The notes under the pieces: model-generated | What the model was told of the DNA's origin: nothing | Seen by the model: only the letters and a program-made list of their open reading frames with translations | The model's database searches: none | Translations under genes and position numbers: made by a program | Shown: positions 39,546 to 51,531 of the stretch, in pieces | Layout: each line of letters starts with the position of its first letter | Numbering within the stretch: the first letter of the stretch is position 1 | Origin: Callorhinchus milii | Taxonomy: Eukaryota | Assembly: GCF_018977255.1 (NCBI RefSeq) | Contig: NW_024704742.1 | Span: 99,016,001 to 99,080,000 of the forward strand | Direction: 5' to 3' | Length of the DNA: 64,000 bases

Positions 39546-41394
39546 ATTTCTCTACATTGAAATTCATCTGCCATATGTCTGCCCATTTTACCATTCTGTC
39601 TATGTCTTCCTGTGGTTGGCTACTATCCTTCTCACTGTTTACCACCCTACCTAACTTTGTGTCTACCACAAACTTGGAAATGGTACTTGCTATACCCAAG
39701 TCCAGATCATTTATGTATATTAAGAAGAGCATTGGTCCTAATACCAATCTCTGGGGGATGCCACTGTACACTTACCTCTAGTCAGAAAAGCAGCTGTTCA
39801 CCACAACTCTCTGCTTTCTGTCTCCCAGCCAGTTCTGGATCCATGCTGCCACTCTCCCTTTTATACCATGGGCTTCTATCTTTCTTACAAGTCTTTCATG
39901 TGGCACTTTGTCAAATGCCTTTTGAAAGTCCATATAACCTACATCAACTGCACTACCTTCATCCACCTTCTCCGTTACCTCATCGAAAAATTCTAATAGA
40001 TTTGTTAGGCAAGATCTGCCTTTAACAAATCCGTGTAGGCTGTCCCTAATTAACCCATATTCTTCTAAGTGAAAACTTATTCTGTCTCGGATTATAGTCT
40101 CCAGGAGTTTCCCCACTACTGATGTTAGGCTGACTGGCCTGTAGTTCCCAGGTTTGTCCTTCTGTCCCTTTTTGTACAGGGCAGTCACATTGGCCACTCT
40201 CCAGTCCTCTGGTACCACCCCTGTGTCCAACAAAGATTGAAAAATTGTAGCTAAAGCCTCCGCTATTTGTACCCGTGCCTCCCATAGTAATCTTGGTTGC
40301 ATCCCGTCCGGACCGGGTGACTTATCTACCTTCAACCCAGTCAACCTTTTCAGTACTTCCTCTCTGTTTATACTTATCCTATCCATTTCCTCTACCCTCT
40401 CCTCCGATACTGCGATATTTGGTGCTTCCACTTTTTTTGTGAAGACAGATGCAAAGTACTCATTCAGTACATCAGCCATGCCCTCTGCCTCCACAATAAG
40501 ATTTCTGCCTTGGTCCTTAATTGGTCCAAAGCTGTCCTTATGACAGAGCTCTGTAATGGGATCCTAGTATAAAAATCATAATGGAAATGTTGCCAGTATA
40601 GGAAAACTCATATAAATCGTATGTACACCTGAGTCCCATTTATTTTCGTACTAAAAATCACTTTGATTTCTTTGCTAATATACTATTTGTATTTTACAAG
40701 TCTAATAAATGATTAAGTTGGAACGGTTTCTTGGCCTAAAATAATCCTACATTCTATGCAACTCATCTCCTAACTCATATCGCCGCTCCCACACTTACCA
40801 AATGAAGTATCACTTGTGCACTTAGTGCTGTGTTTGAAACATTAAAGGACAGAAAACAACCTGTCATCTTGTCACAAAAGACAAAATTAACTTTGTTTAA
40901 GTCTCATTAAGTCAGCCAATACAACTTCTGTGAGTTTGTCCACATCTTGTACTTCATATTATGGTCCCAACTGATCCAACTTATGCAAATCTACCTGTAT
41001 TATTAGTAGGTTTAGAGCATAAAGTTAAAATCAAACATCAGGCGAAAGCACTCACTAGAGCAGTTATAGGACTGCATTGTGATTTAACTACAAATCTGAA
41101 GAATGCTTTGTATAGCATTACTAAAGTGGTGCTAGATATTGGTTCAATATATCATACACCTAACTGCTGTCCATTCTACTGTTTGACTCTGAAGAAAAAT
41201 GGTTGATATACAGCAACGTTCTATTACAACATAATAATTGGGGTCCATAAAATCTCAACTAGCACTCTAATGAAGCACAATACATGTGTTGCTGGCAGGT
41301 GGCCAACTTCTGAGCCATTAGGTCACATCACTTCTATGTAGAAGTGACATAGAGAGCAACCTGACTTAGAAGTCGGCCAGGTTGACTAAAAAAA

Positions 41395-41570
41395 AATTGG
41401 TCACTCAATCCATGACTGTTTGTGGGACACTGCTGCCCGCAATCGGTTGCTGCGTTTCGCCCACGAAAACAATATACAGTCAAATCACCTTACAGTATAT
41501 TCTGTGAAGCGCTTTGAGACGTCTCAAAAACGTGATAAGGCGCTTATCAAATGCAAGGATTATTATTATT
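41395..41570 (+). mobile_element. SINE 3' half
   Basis: ctgtttgtgggacactgctg...caaatgcaaggattattattatt. Confidence 0.8.
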
Positions 41571-43001
41571 TTGTTTTGAGTAAGTAAATGTTGGGGTGCA
41601 CAACTCAACACACTAAGCAAGCTCATGTAATAAAGTGTGTTATAGTACCAGTAAAGTACAACATATTTCAGTGTGATGTTCAGGTTATCAGACTTTTGGT
41701 TTAACTGTGCTAAATGCTTCTTGTTCTACCCTTTTTTTTCAACAAAATTATTGAAAAAGCTCAACCACAGTTGACTGCAGGGGTCCAACTTGTTTGTCTG
41801 CTTTTTCACCGGAGCAAAAAGTTAACCTTTAATTGCTTGGCCTCCATTTTATATGATAAATGTGTTGGCTTAATTGGAACTCAAATTCACTACTAGTTTG
41901 CTCAAAAATACTTTAAAATCCAGAAATTCAAGTTACAGTGTAGAGAATAAACCATTGTACTTGATAACTAGCAGGATACTATTTGTTGGGGATTAAATTG
42001 TTTTGACAAGAACTACAGTATGTAGTTGTACAATGGCATATTTTAAAGGTGTCCCATATACGTTAACATTTAGTACAGACTTTTGAAAGCTAAAAAGTTT
42101 TTTAAATAAAGGTATCAGTACATTTTTTTACACTTTATACATTTTGATCATTTGAGTTCAAGTAAGTGAAACAAAATTATCAACTGTATTCCAACACATT
42201 TTTTTAAATTGAATTCAGACTGTTGTAAACTCATTCAGTGCTGTAATTTGACATCTTTTTCCCATTACAATACACACATTACAAATTTCTGCAATCAAAG
42301 GATTTACACAGTTCTTGCATACAATCACCCACAAAGTGCAGATAAATTAGTTAAAGCAGCTGGAGACATTATTGCTTAGTGACTGGACAGCATTTCTGAA
42401 TATCCAACTGTTTTAGGGTCATTTTACTGTGGATGTTGGTTGAAAACAAAATTATGTGGCAGTGAATTGAGGTGGAGAGGTCAATATCTGTTGACATTTT
42501 TGGTTTCAAACTTTAACTGAACCTATCTTAATACATTTGGAAATTCTTTTAACAATCAAACTCCCCTGAGGGAGGACGCAGTGACTTTCTTTGTAACTAA
42601 TTGGATGAATAATTAAGAATGTCATCTAAACCCTCATTCAATTCCCAGCTGGTGGCAACTCTCCTTATTTGCCCTAATAGGTTTGTACTAATAACCATGC
42701 TCTGCTGTGAGTTGCAATTGTTTCCCCCACACAATGGATATCTTTTTATTCACAGGTGTGACAGTCAAACCTGTTTTCAGCAACCACTCAGGGGACTGGA
42801 CCAAAGTGGGCTTTATGTAAGGGTAGCCTCTGATTAAGGGTTCGTTGCCTGAGTATCTGTGTAGACTCCTGCTCGACTCCGGCGCATTTATCAACTCAAC
42901 CTCAGCGGCGAGGCGGGAAGCTGTGGGCACCACACATGGGCCACTCAGCGAAATATTGGTAAATAATTTATTTTGACAACCTGGTGCCACACCCCATATA
43001 A

Positions 43002-43510
43002 CAACAACTTGCTTATATAGCGCCCTCCACGCACGGTCGCATCTCAGAGAGCTTAACAGTGGCGGAGCCTAATTCCGAGCCGTGGGGGGAGGGGGGGAGG
43101 AGGAAATGGCCATGAGCACGGTCGAAGAGGAAGGTTTTGAAAGAGGGGAGAGAGAGGGGCAAGGCGGAGGGAGAGCATTCCAGAGTTTTGGGGCGTAGTG
43201 ACTGAAAGCACGATCTCCAATGTCGAGGTGGAGGATTCGAGTGACGAGCAGGAAGCTAGTGCCGGTCAAGCTGGGGTGCTGGGTGGTGGATTGGAATGAG
43301 CTGGATCTTTTGAACGGTGGAGCTGGGGAGACCGGTGAGGAGTACTTTGGAGTTATCCAAGCGGGAGGTGACAAACGCATGCATGAGGGTTTCAGCTATA
43401 TTTGGGGTAAGGTACAGTCGGAGGCGGGCAATGTAGCGGAGGTGAAAAAGGCCATCCTGGTCAGGGACTGGATGTGGGGGAGGAAGGAACAGCTAGGGGT
43501 CGAACTGGAG
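43002..43510 (-). mobile_element. L2 LINE fragment with internal deletions
   Basis: IGDRAFSHYAPKLWNALP on the - strand; (CAA)n tail at 43002. Confidence 0.82.
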
Positions 43511-44540
43511 GCCTAGATTGCACATAGGAAGGTCACTGTGCAGTGCCACATGGTGAAGAATAGATTTGTTTCCGTGGCTTCTTCCCCACCATAGCAGCAA
43601 CCAGGACAATAAGAAGAAGAATCCCTCCATTTGATGTAGTGCAATACAACTACACAATTATTATATTGTGAAGACCTCTTAAAGCACAGTGGGATATTCA
43701 GAAAACCTGTGCACTCACCAAGCAATATAGTCTCTAACTGTTGTCACTATTTATCTGTATTTTGTGGTTATTTTGTGTAAAACTGTGTTGAATCTTAGAT
43801 TGCAGAAATTCATAATGTACATGTTGGAGTGGAAAAAAAAATTATGTCACATTACATAGAAGAGTTGGAAGAGAGGATGAGGACAGGATTATAGGACTTT
43901 GTGGAGATTGGACGAACAAGATCATGAAAAATTGTGAAGGTCAGGATGAGGATGTTAAAGTCAATTGACTGGGTTACTGGGAGCCGGTGGAGCCTGGCTT
44001 CTGAGTAATTAAATAATTGGTTGATAAGAAATGCAACAATGTTGAACTGGAATGAATTGCTAGCAGTTTTCCTCACTCCAGTAGTTAGCCATGATTCTGA
44101 GATTTTCATGTGAAGAAACACATGAGCCAATTTTGAGTACAATGAGGACATGTTTAAATGAAGAATTAATTATATTTTTCTCTCTCCATGTGGGTTGCCA
44201 GCTGCAACGCTGCTGAGAGGTTAAAATTCATATTACAGATGTTTTCACAGTTGAACCAACACTGTAGTTAGTAGTTGATTATATCTTCTCTCTTGCCTTC
44301 CACCCACCCTCTGCCCCCTCAGCCACAGGAGAAAAGTTGTCTATCGTGGAATTATGAAGGGCTTCAATCTAACAGGCCAGTTGAGTATTAAATGATCACT
44401 GCGGCCTCGCTCCAATCTAGTCCCACTTTCAACTGTTCCATTGCAAATTTGTTTTGGAGAAATCCAGTTTCCTTATTACATATATTAATAAGTAATGTAC
44501 TTGCACCGCCTTGGTACGTCCTCCTGATGCGAAAAGCCCT

Positions 44541-44752
44541 GGCAATCTCTCCGACAAAAGGCTGTGGATGCTGGATCCATTCATCCAGGATCCACAGCCG
44601 GATGAGGGAGATGGTTATTTGTTAAGTCAGGGTATTAAGGGATACAAGGCAAGGGTGGATAATTGGACTTGAGGTACAGATTAGCCATGATCTTATAGAA
44701 TGGCAGAACAGGCTTGCGGGGCTGAATGACCTACTCCTGTTTCTATGTTTCT
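44541..44752 (+). mobile_element. CR1 3' end nested in an L2 tail
   Basis: Similar to 10920-11112; flanked by two halves of an L2 tail (44500-44540, 44754-44780). Confidence 0.75.
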
Positions 44753-44829
44753 TCATATCAATACAATTTGTTGTCGTTGAATGCACTTGTTATAGTGACT
44801 TATATCGTCGTGGTATTTCATATTAAATT

Positions 44830-45200
44830 TTATTGTGACCATGAATTTATGGGCAAACTTGCCATCCAATTTGCACACAACAGTGTCCCATAAATGGTCA
44901 TGAGTGAATGAATTCCCAATTTTATCTGGGGGATGTTGGCCAGAACATTGGGAAAAACTCTATTTTGAATTGTGTCATTGGATCTTTACCATCCACCTGA
45001 ACAGGCAGACAGGGCATGGGTTTAATGTCTCATCCAACGGACAGCATCCCCAACAATGCAGGATACACACAGCAGTGCAGTGTACCCCTGCACTACTCTG
45101 GTGTGTCATCCTAGACTGTGAGTTCAAAGTCTCGATATGGAACTCGAAACCACACTATTCTGATTCGGATGCGAGAGTGCTACCAACTTTCTGGCTGACA
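44830..45200 (-). mobile_element. DeuSINE
   Basis: Reverse complement of the 32935 family (ggatctttaccatccacctgaacaggcagac...tctcatcc). Confidence 0.75.
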
Positions 45201-45464
45201 TCTGATTAGAAAATAATCATGTAGTGTACTAGTTCATTAATCCACTCTTGAGGTGCTAGACACCAGGTTTGGTGCTCAACAGTAGATGTACTGTATTCAG
45301 ATTGGTTGGAGAATTGGTGCTTTATTTTAAACTAGGGGAGCGCCCACTGGTGTTGAGATTTACTGTCAGAACATTCCAGGTAAACAACACAATTTAGGAT
45401 TTTAATCTTGTTCTCTACAAATCCGTTTATGCTGCTTTTCCAGTTTTCTTTGCATTGCCTCTCG

Positions 45465-45995
45465 TTGTTGCTTATTTGATCATCCAGAATTCAGCAGTCC
45501 GTGCCCTCTCCTGCACTAGGCTCCGTGACTCTATCACTCCCATCCTTGCCCAACTCCACTTGCTTCCCATCACACAGAGGATATAGTTCAATCCTGGTCC
45601 TTACCTTCAAAGCCCTCCACAGTCTTGCTCCCCCCTAGCTTTCCGACCTCCTAACCCCCTACCACCCTGTTCACTCCCTCCGCTCGGCGGGCTCCGGCCT
45701 GCTTCACGTCCCCCTCCTCACTCGCCCCTCTATTGGCGGGCAGGCTTTCCGCCACTCTGCCCCCACCTTCTGGAACTCCATTGCGCAGTCCCTCCGTCTC
45801 GCCCCCTCCTTTGCCTCCTTCAAGACCCACCTCAAGACCCTCCTCTTCGATTGTGCTTTCGATCTCCCTGCTTCTCCCCCTGCCCTCCAGCTTCCCCCAC
45901 CCCGACCCCCAGCTTGGGTCCATAACTCTGTCCAGTGCATTGGGACGTCCTCCCGATGTGAAAGACGCCTTACAAATGTAATTTTGTTGTTGTTA
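45465..45995 (+). mobile_element. L2 LINE 3' fragment
   Basis: Homologous to 5540-6138; (TTG)n tail. Confidence 0.88.
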
Positions 45996-48245
45996 TTTTT
46001 GCCTTGTCAGTGAAATGCAGATTATTAGAGTACTGGACAACCCATTATTATAATGCCCCACTCAGCCCCCCCCCCCTCCCCCACCTATCTAATGTGTTCT
46101 TGCCTATGCTGATGGTATCCTATGGACTCTTGCTAAAAGGAAGCACATTACAGTCGGCTACTGAAAGTCACTAGCTAGCTTCCTGCACTCTTTTTAAAAA
46201 GACAACTTGCAAATTTTCCAATCACAGGTAATAATCATTTATATTTGGTACAGAGGCTTTTGTGTCGGGATGACATATCAAAGTGCTTCATATTGTAAAG
46301 TGGGCAAACATACTACTGTCACTTGCTGCACGTGCGCAGGAAGCCTCACTGATTTCATTTCCTTTGCCAAATGATGTCAGCAGCATATCTTGCAAGTAGT
46401 GTGTATGTGCCCACCGCACAGCAAGTGATGTCAGCAATTATTGGAGCGTATAGAGGCTGGCGGGTGGGGTGGGGGCAAGTGTAATTTTAGTTGAGCATAC
46501 TGTGCATGTTGAGCATATTGTGGGAGATAGTGTGGAATTTTGTGTGAACTGAGGTTTATGGAGAAAAGAGCTAAGAAGACTGGTGAGGAAAATCTAGTCA
46601 ATCATTTATGATCTGCTTATGATGTGATTACATACATACACTGTTGTTTGTTGCCAAGTAATGATACAATGGTCTCAGGGCTGCAGCCATTAGAAGTCTC
46701 AAAGTAAAGTTAGATCTTTATCCGCTGCTCGGTAGGCAAACTCAGCTGCTCAATCATATCACTTCAGGGCTTGATGAAGAACCACCATGATAGAGATCTG
46801 AGAGCAGTTTGTATAGCTGCCCTCATGTATAGAATGTCGTATGTCCTTGTGAGACCTGAGGTAAATGAAACCCATCCACAAAACAAAATTACTTTCTTGG
46901 AAACCATGATAAACCTGTCTCACATCTCAACCCACCAGATTCAGTGAATACAACTGAGCATAATTTAAGGTGTTTAAGATTTCTAATCATTGGAACTAAT
47001 TTATTCTAAAAGTTTAGAACTATGTCTTGAGGGTTTAATCTTAAATGCATTCCATTGCTAAGCAGGTTCAAAAGCAGCAACAAGTTTACTGTACTTTGAA
47101 AGGTTTTAATGAAAGCACAATTTACATATTTTTAAATCAAAACACATGATGTGGTTGGAAAAATAGTGAAGAAAAGTTCCAAATAATGGGGCCATTGGGC
47201 ATGCATGTTCAGTCAGTAAATAGATCTGCTGCTTACCCATGGCCAGTCTTTTATAGTATGAATTTGCCTGTACCCTGCCATCTGGGTTATTTCTCCTGTC
47301 CACTGATCAAGCATATCTGTATTTAATTAGCTTTCACTAACCATCGTTTAATACTAGAGACAGAATACTTTTGTTCTTTGCACATGTTTAACTTGACCCT
47401 GTTTAAGTCAAGCAGGTCAAAATGAGTTTTGAAGATTACCAGCTCAAAAGCAAATTTGTACTTTAATGACCTATGTAGCCAGCAATTAATTGCACTGTAT
47501 AAGCCATGTATTATGTGATGATAGATTGTTGTGACCTTCTGAACATTACAGTGAGTTTATTGGTTGGGGCGTGATCTAAGTAATAGTTAATCTGAATTTT
47601 GAGTTAACATCCTGCTGCGTTAAATGCTAGGTACAATAGTTGCACTAAACTACTATAGACCAGCAGAGCAGAGCTTCATTTACTGGTCCATACTTAGATA
47701 TCTGTTTGTGCCAGGACAACAGCTGATATGGTGCCATTGGCTGTGGCACTTTCTGAGTTAAGGAGGGTTAAAATTACATGATTTTTCTCCCTTTTTTTTA
47801 AACTGGGAAGTGCATTTGTGCGAACATCGGGTGAGAACAGGATCTACCTCTGCGGTCAATTATCTTGCTTAATGTTTGCTGTCAGTGTGCTTTGCCAGAT
47901 GCTGGCTGACACTTGTGGAAGAGTAACCCAGACTCAGTCAACATTCGGGGGAGAGGGGAATATTGGTAAAGAAGAGAAGTATCCAGGCTACAAACTGTTT
48001 CTTAATCTTTCTGTTGGCAACCATGCGATTTTTGTTTGAGTTCATAAATTTACAAGACTGCTGTCCTGCTGTGCGGATTATGTTCTGTGGTTTCTAACAA
48101 AAGTAAAAGATTTCAAAATCCTCTTTTTAAAAACTGTAGTTTAGTTGTTGCAAACCAACAAAGAGCATCAATGTTGTCACTGTAGCTGTGTAGAGCGAGT
48201 ATCTGTCTCATTTTAATAAACCGGTGTTTTGTGTTTTCTCACCAG

Positions 48246-48455
48246 TGGTTAAGGAATCCAGGCCCCCAACATGAAAAGCGAACTTTGTTCGGAGACATGG
48301 TGTGCTTCCTGTTTATAACCCCTCTAGCCACAATCTCTGGGTGGCTGTGTTTGCGAGGTGCAGTGGATCACTTGCATTTCAGCAGCCGGCTGGAGGCTGT
48401 CGGGCTCATTGCATTAACAGTTGCACTCTTCACTATTTACCTCTTTTGGACTCTA
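48246..48455 (+). CDS. MARCHF3: MARCHF3 coding exon 3 (two transmembrane helices)
   Basis: Acceptor ttttctcaccag; [70 protein letters not shown]; 210 nt; donor CTA|gtaagt. Confidence 0.97.
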
Positions 48456-49420
48456 GTAAGTATACGATAAATTATCTTTTTGGGGGGGATTCCTTTGATT
48501 ATGAATTAACGTCACTATAAAAGGAGCATTCCTAATGATATTGTTCACTCATCAAATGTCCTTTCACTGGAAGCCTCTTAATACACCACCAAAAAAAATT
48601 GCCATCATCATCACTGATCGCCTTCGCTTTACCATCAGAACATTTGTCCCAGATTAATGGATATGTTTCGATCTCCCTTTCTTTTCCCATTTCATGTTTC
48701 TTAGATTAAATAACTGGATTTGATACACTCATCCAGTCATTTTCATTTATTTAAAATATTAAAGCACATTGCTGTTCTAATCGTTGCTACAAATGCCTTT
48801 TCCCAAATCATCACCTCTACCAGTAAAATCCAGATGTTAAAACAATCACTTATATTTATATAGTGCCCATCAGAAAAGGTAGCGGCCCAGAGCGCTTATG
48901 AATAAAATAAATAGATATATATAAAAATAGATGCAGAGTAAAAAGAAATTAAAGTGGGGATGCTTGCAATAAGTGTAAATACATTCCACACATGACTGAC
49001 TTGAGGGAAACCTCCAAAATATAACTCTTGCTCTTCGTACAACACGTTATCAAGTTGTTGAGATGCCTCAAAGTGCTTCATATTTGGAATAGTATTCCTG
49101 TGAATCAGCATCCCAGCCTTTAATGAATTACTACCACACATTGTAATCCCAATACCAAGATTAAACGTGCCTATGAAATGAAGCCATTTCTGCTCATTGT
49201 AATGATAAGTGGTCACATATCTATAAAATCTTATTTGGGTTCAATGGTCACTAATAAATTGTAATTAGGCACATTTTTAATTGTTCATTACCATAGCAAA
49301 ACTTTATTGACAATTGCTTTGGTATTAAATGCATTAGAAAATGTCCCCCTTTTATTTACACTTTTTTTGCTATGTAGTGAGAATACAGGCAGATTGTCAC
49401 CTCCATTGTTGGTGTCAACG

Positions 49421-51326
49421 ATTCATAGATTCATAGAATGTTACGGCACAGAAAGAGGCCATTCGGCCCATCGAGTCTGTGTTGGCTCTTTGACAGAGCA
49501 AGTCACTTTCACTAACCCCAATCACCAGCTTTCTCCCCATAACCCTGCAAACCTGTCTTCCCCAGATACCTATCCAGTTCTCTCTTAAAAACTGTTATCA
49601 AATCGGACTTCACTACCCTTTCAGGCAGATCATTCCAAATTCGAACAACTCTCTGAGTGAAAACATTTCTTTTAACCTCCCCTCTGCTTCTTTTGGTAGA
49701 TATCTTAAGACTGTGACCACGAGTCACAGACCCACCTACCAGCGGAAACAGCTTTTCCCTATCTAGCCTGTCGAAACCTTTCATGATCTTGAAGACCTCT
49801 ATCAGGTCCCCGCGTAACCTTCTCTGCTCTAATGGGAAAAGTCTTAACTTTTCCAGCCTATCCTCATAGCTAAGCTTCCCCATTCCTGGTATCATTCTCG
49901 TGAATCTCCTCTGCACCCTTTCCAGTGCCTTAATATCCTTCCTGAAGTAAGGTGCCCAGAACTGGACGCAGTACTCCAGCTGAGGCCTAACCAGTGTTTT
50001 GTATAGATTAACCATAAACTCACTACTCTTATACTCTATGCCCCTACTAATAAAGCTCAGTACACCAAATGCCTTTTTTACTGCCTTATCTACCTGCCCC
50101 GCTACCTTTAATGATTCACTTACTTGAACACCCAGATCTCTCTGTACGTTCACCCTCCTTAGCATTGAGCTACCAAGTCTATATTGCCTCCTATCATTTT
50201 TCCTACCTAAGTGTATCACCTCACACTTATCCACATCGAAATCCATCTGCCACATGTCAGCCCATTCCACCATTCTGTGTATGTCTGCTTGCAGTTGGTT
50301 ACAGTCCTCCTCACTATTTACTACCCTACCTAACTTTATATCATCTGCAAACTTGGAAATAGTGCTCTCTATGCCCAAATCCAGATCATTAATATATATT
50401 AGAAAGAGCAGTGGTCCCAATACCGATCCCTGGGGGACACCGCTGCTCACCTCCTTCCATTTCGAGAAACACCCATTAACCACCACCCTCTGCATTCTGT
50501 CACTCAGCCAGTTCCTAATCCAAACGGCTACTGTCCCCCTAATACCGTGGGCCTTCAGTTTTTTATTAACCTCTTATCCGGTACTGTGTCAAAAGCCTTT
50601 TTAAAATCCATGTAAATAATGTCCACCGCATTTCCCTCATCAACCCCTCGCAGTCACCTCTTCAAAAAATTCTATTAGATTTGTTAGGCAAGATTTGCCT
50701 TTAACAAATCCATGTCGGCTGTCTCTAATTACCTCATGTTCCTCTTAAGTAGAGATTTACTCTGTCCCGGATTATGGTCTCCAGTAGTTTTCCTATTACC
50801 GAAGTTAGGCTGACTGGCCTGTAATTTCCGGGTTTGTCTTTCTGCCCCTTTATGTAGAGGGAGGTAACATTAGCCACTCTCCAGTCTCTTGGCATCACTC
50901 CTGTGTCCAATGAAGATTGAAATATAATGGCCAAAGCCTCCGCTATTTGAACCCGTATCTCCCACAGCAACCTTGGGTGAAACCCATCTGGTCCTGGTGA
51001 CTTATCAATTTTGAGCCCAGTCAATCTTTTCAGAACTTCCTCTCTGCCTATAGTAATATGATCTATGTCCTCTACCCTCTCATCCAATACTGAGGCATTT
51101 GGGGCATCCATTTCCGTTGTGAAGACAGATGCAAAGTACTCGTTCAGTACATCAGCCGTGCCCTCTGCCTCCACAACAAGATTGGCGTCATTGTCTTTGA
51201 TTGGCCCCACTCTATCTTTAACTAACCTTTTTTCCTTTATGTGCTTGTAAAATATTTTAGGATTCCCCTTTATGTTACCCGCTAACCTCTTCTCATGCGA
51301 TCTTTTAGCCTGCCTTATCACTCTTT
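49421..51326 (-). mobile_element. CR1 LINE, 5'-truncated, relatively intact RT
   Basis: 327-aa open frame with GVPQGSVLGPLLFLIYINDL...FADD; upstream 213-aa frame; disrupted around 50560-50740; attcatag tail repeat. Confidence 0.96.
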
Positions 51327-51378
51327 TGTTGTTGATGTGCAAACATTTCTTAACCAGATTTATTTTAAATTTCACTAG

Positions 51379-51531
51379 GTTTCATTTCGTTATCACTGTC
51401 GACTATACAACGAGTGGCGTCGGACCAATCAGAGAGTCGTATTGCTGCTCCCAAAGTCTTTGGGTGTGCCATCCACTCAGCAGTCCCTTCTCCAGCCTGT
51501 GAAAAGGAACTCAAAAGAGACAATTGTGTGA
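51379..51531 (+). CDS. MARCHF3: MARCHF3 terminal coding exon (cytoplasmic tail, PDZ-binding ETIV)
   Basis: Acceptor tttcactag; [53 protein letters not shown] at 51529-51531. Spliced CDS totals 756 nt in frame. Confidence 0.96.
   Translation, partial: VSFRYHCRLYNEWRRTNQRVVLLLPKSLGVPSTQQSLLQPVKRNSKETIV

Larger units (their letters stand above)
38116..40535 (-). mobile_element. CR1 LINE, 5'-truncated, with nested SINE and nested CR1 3' end
   Basis: ORF2 segments KSPGPDG...PGNYRPVSLTSVVGKLLE...DFQKAFDKVPHERL and LYKTLVRPQLEYCAQFWAP. Confidence 0.95.

Noticed and set aside
49405..49420. Degenerate TSD for the large CR1 (ttgttggtgtcaac versus ttgttgatgtgcaaac near 51329)
   Set aside because: It needs several mismatches and indels; suggestive but not supportable.
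49421..51326. Active autonomous retroelement or domesticated RT gene
   Set aside because: 5'-truncated (no ORF1 or endonuclease) and frame-disrupted around 50560-50740.
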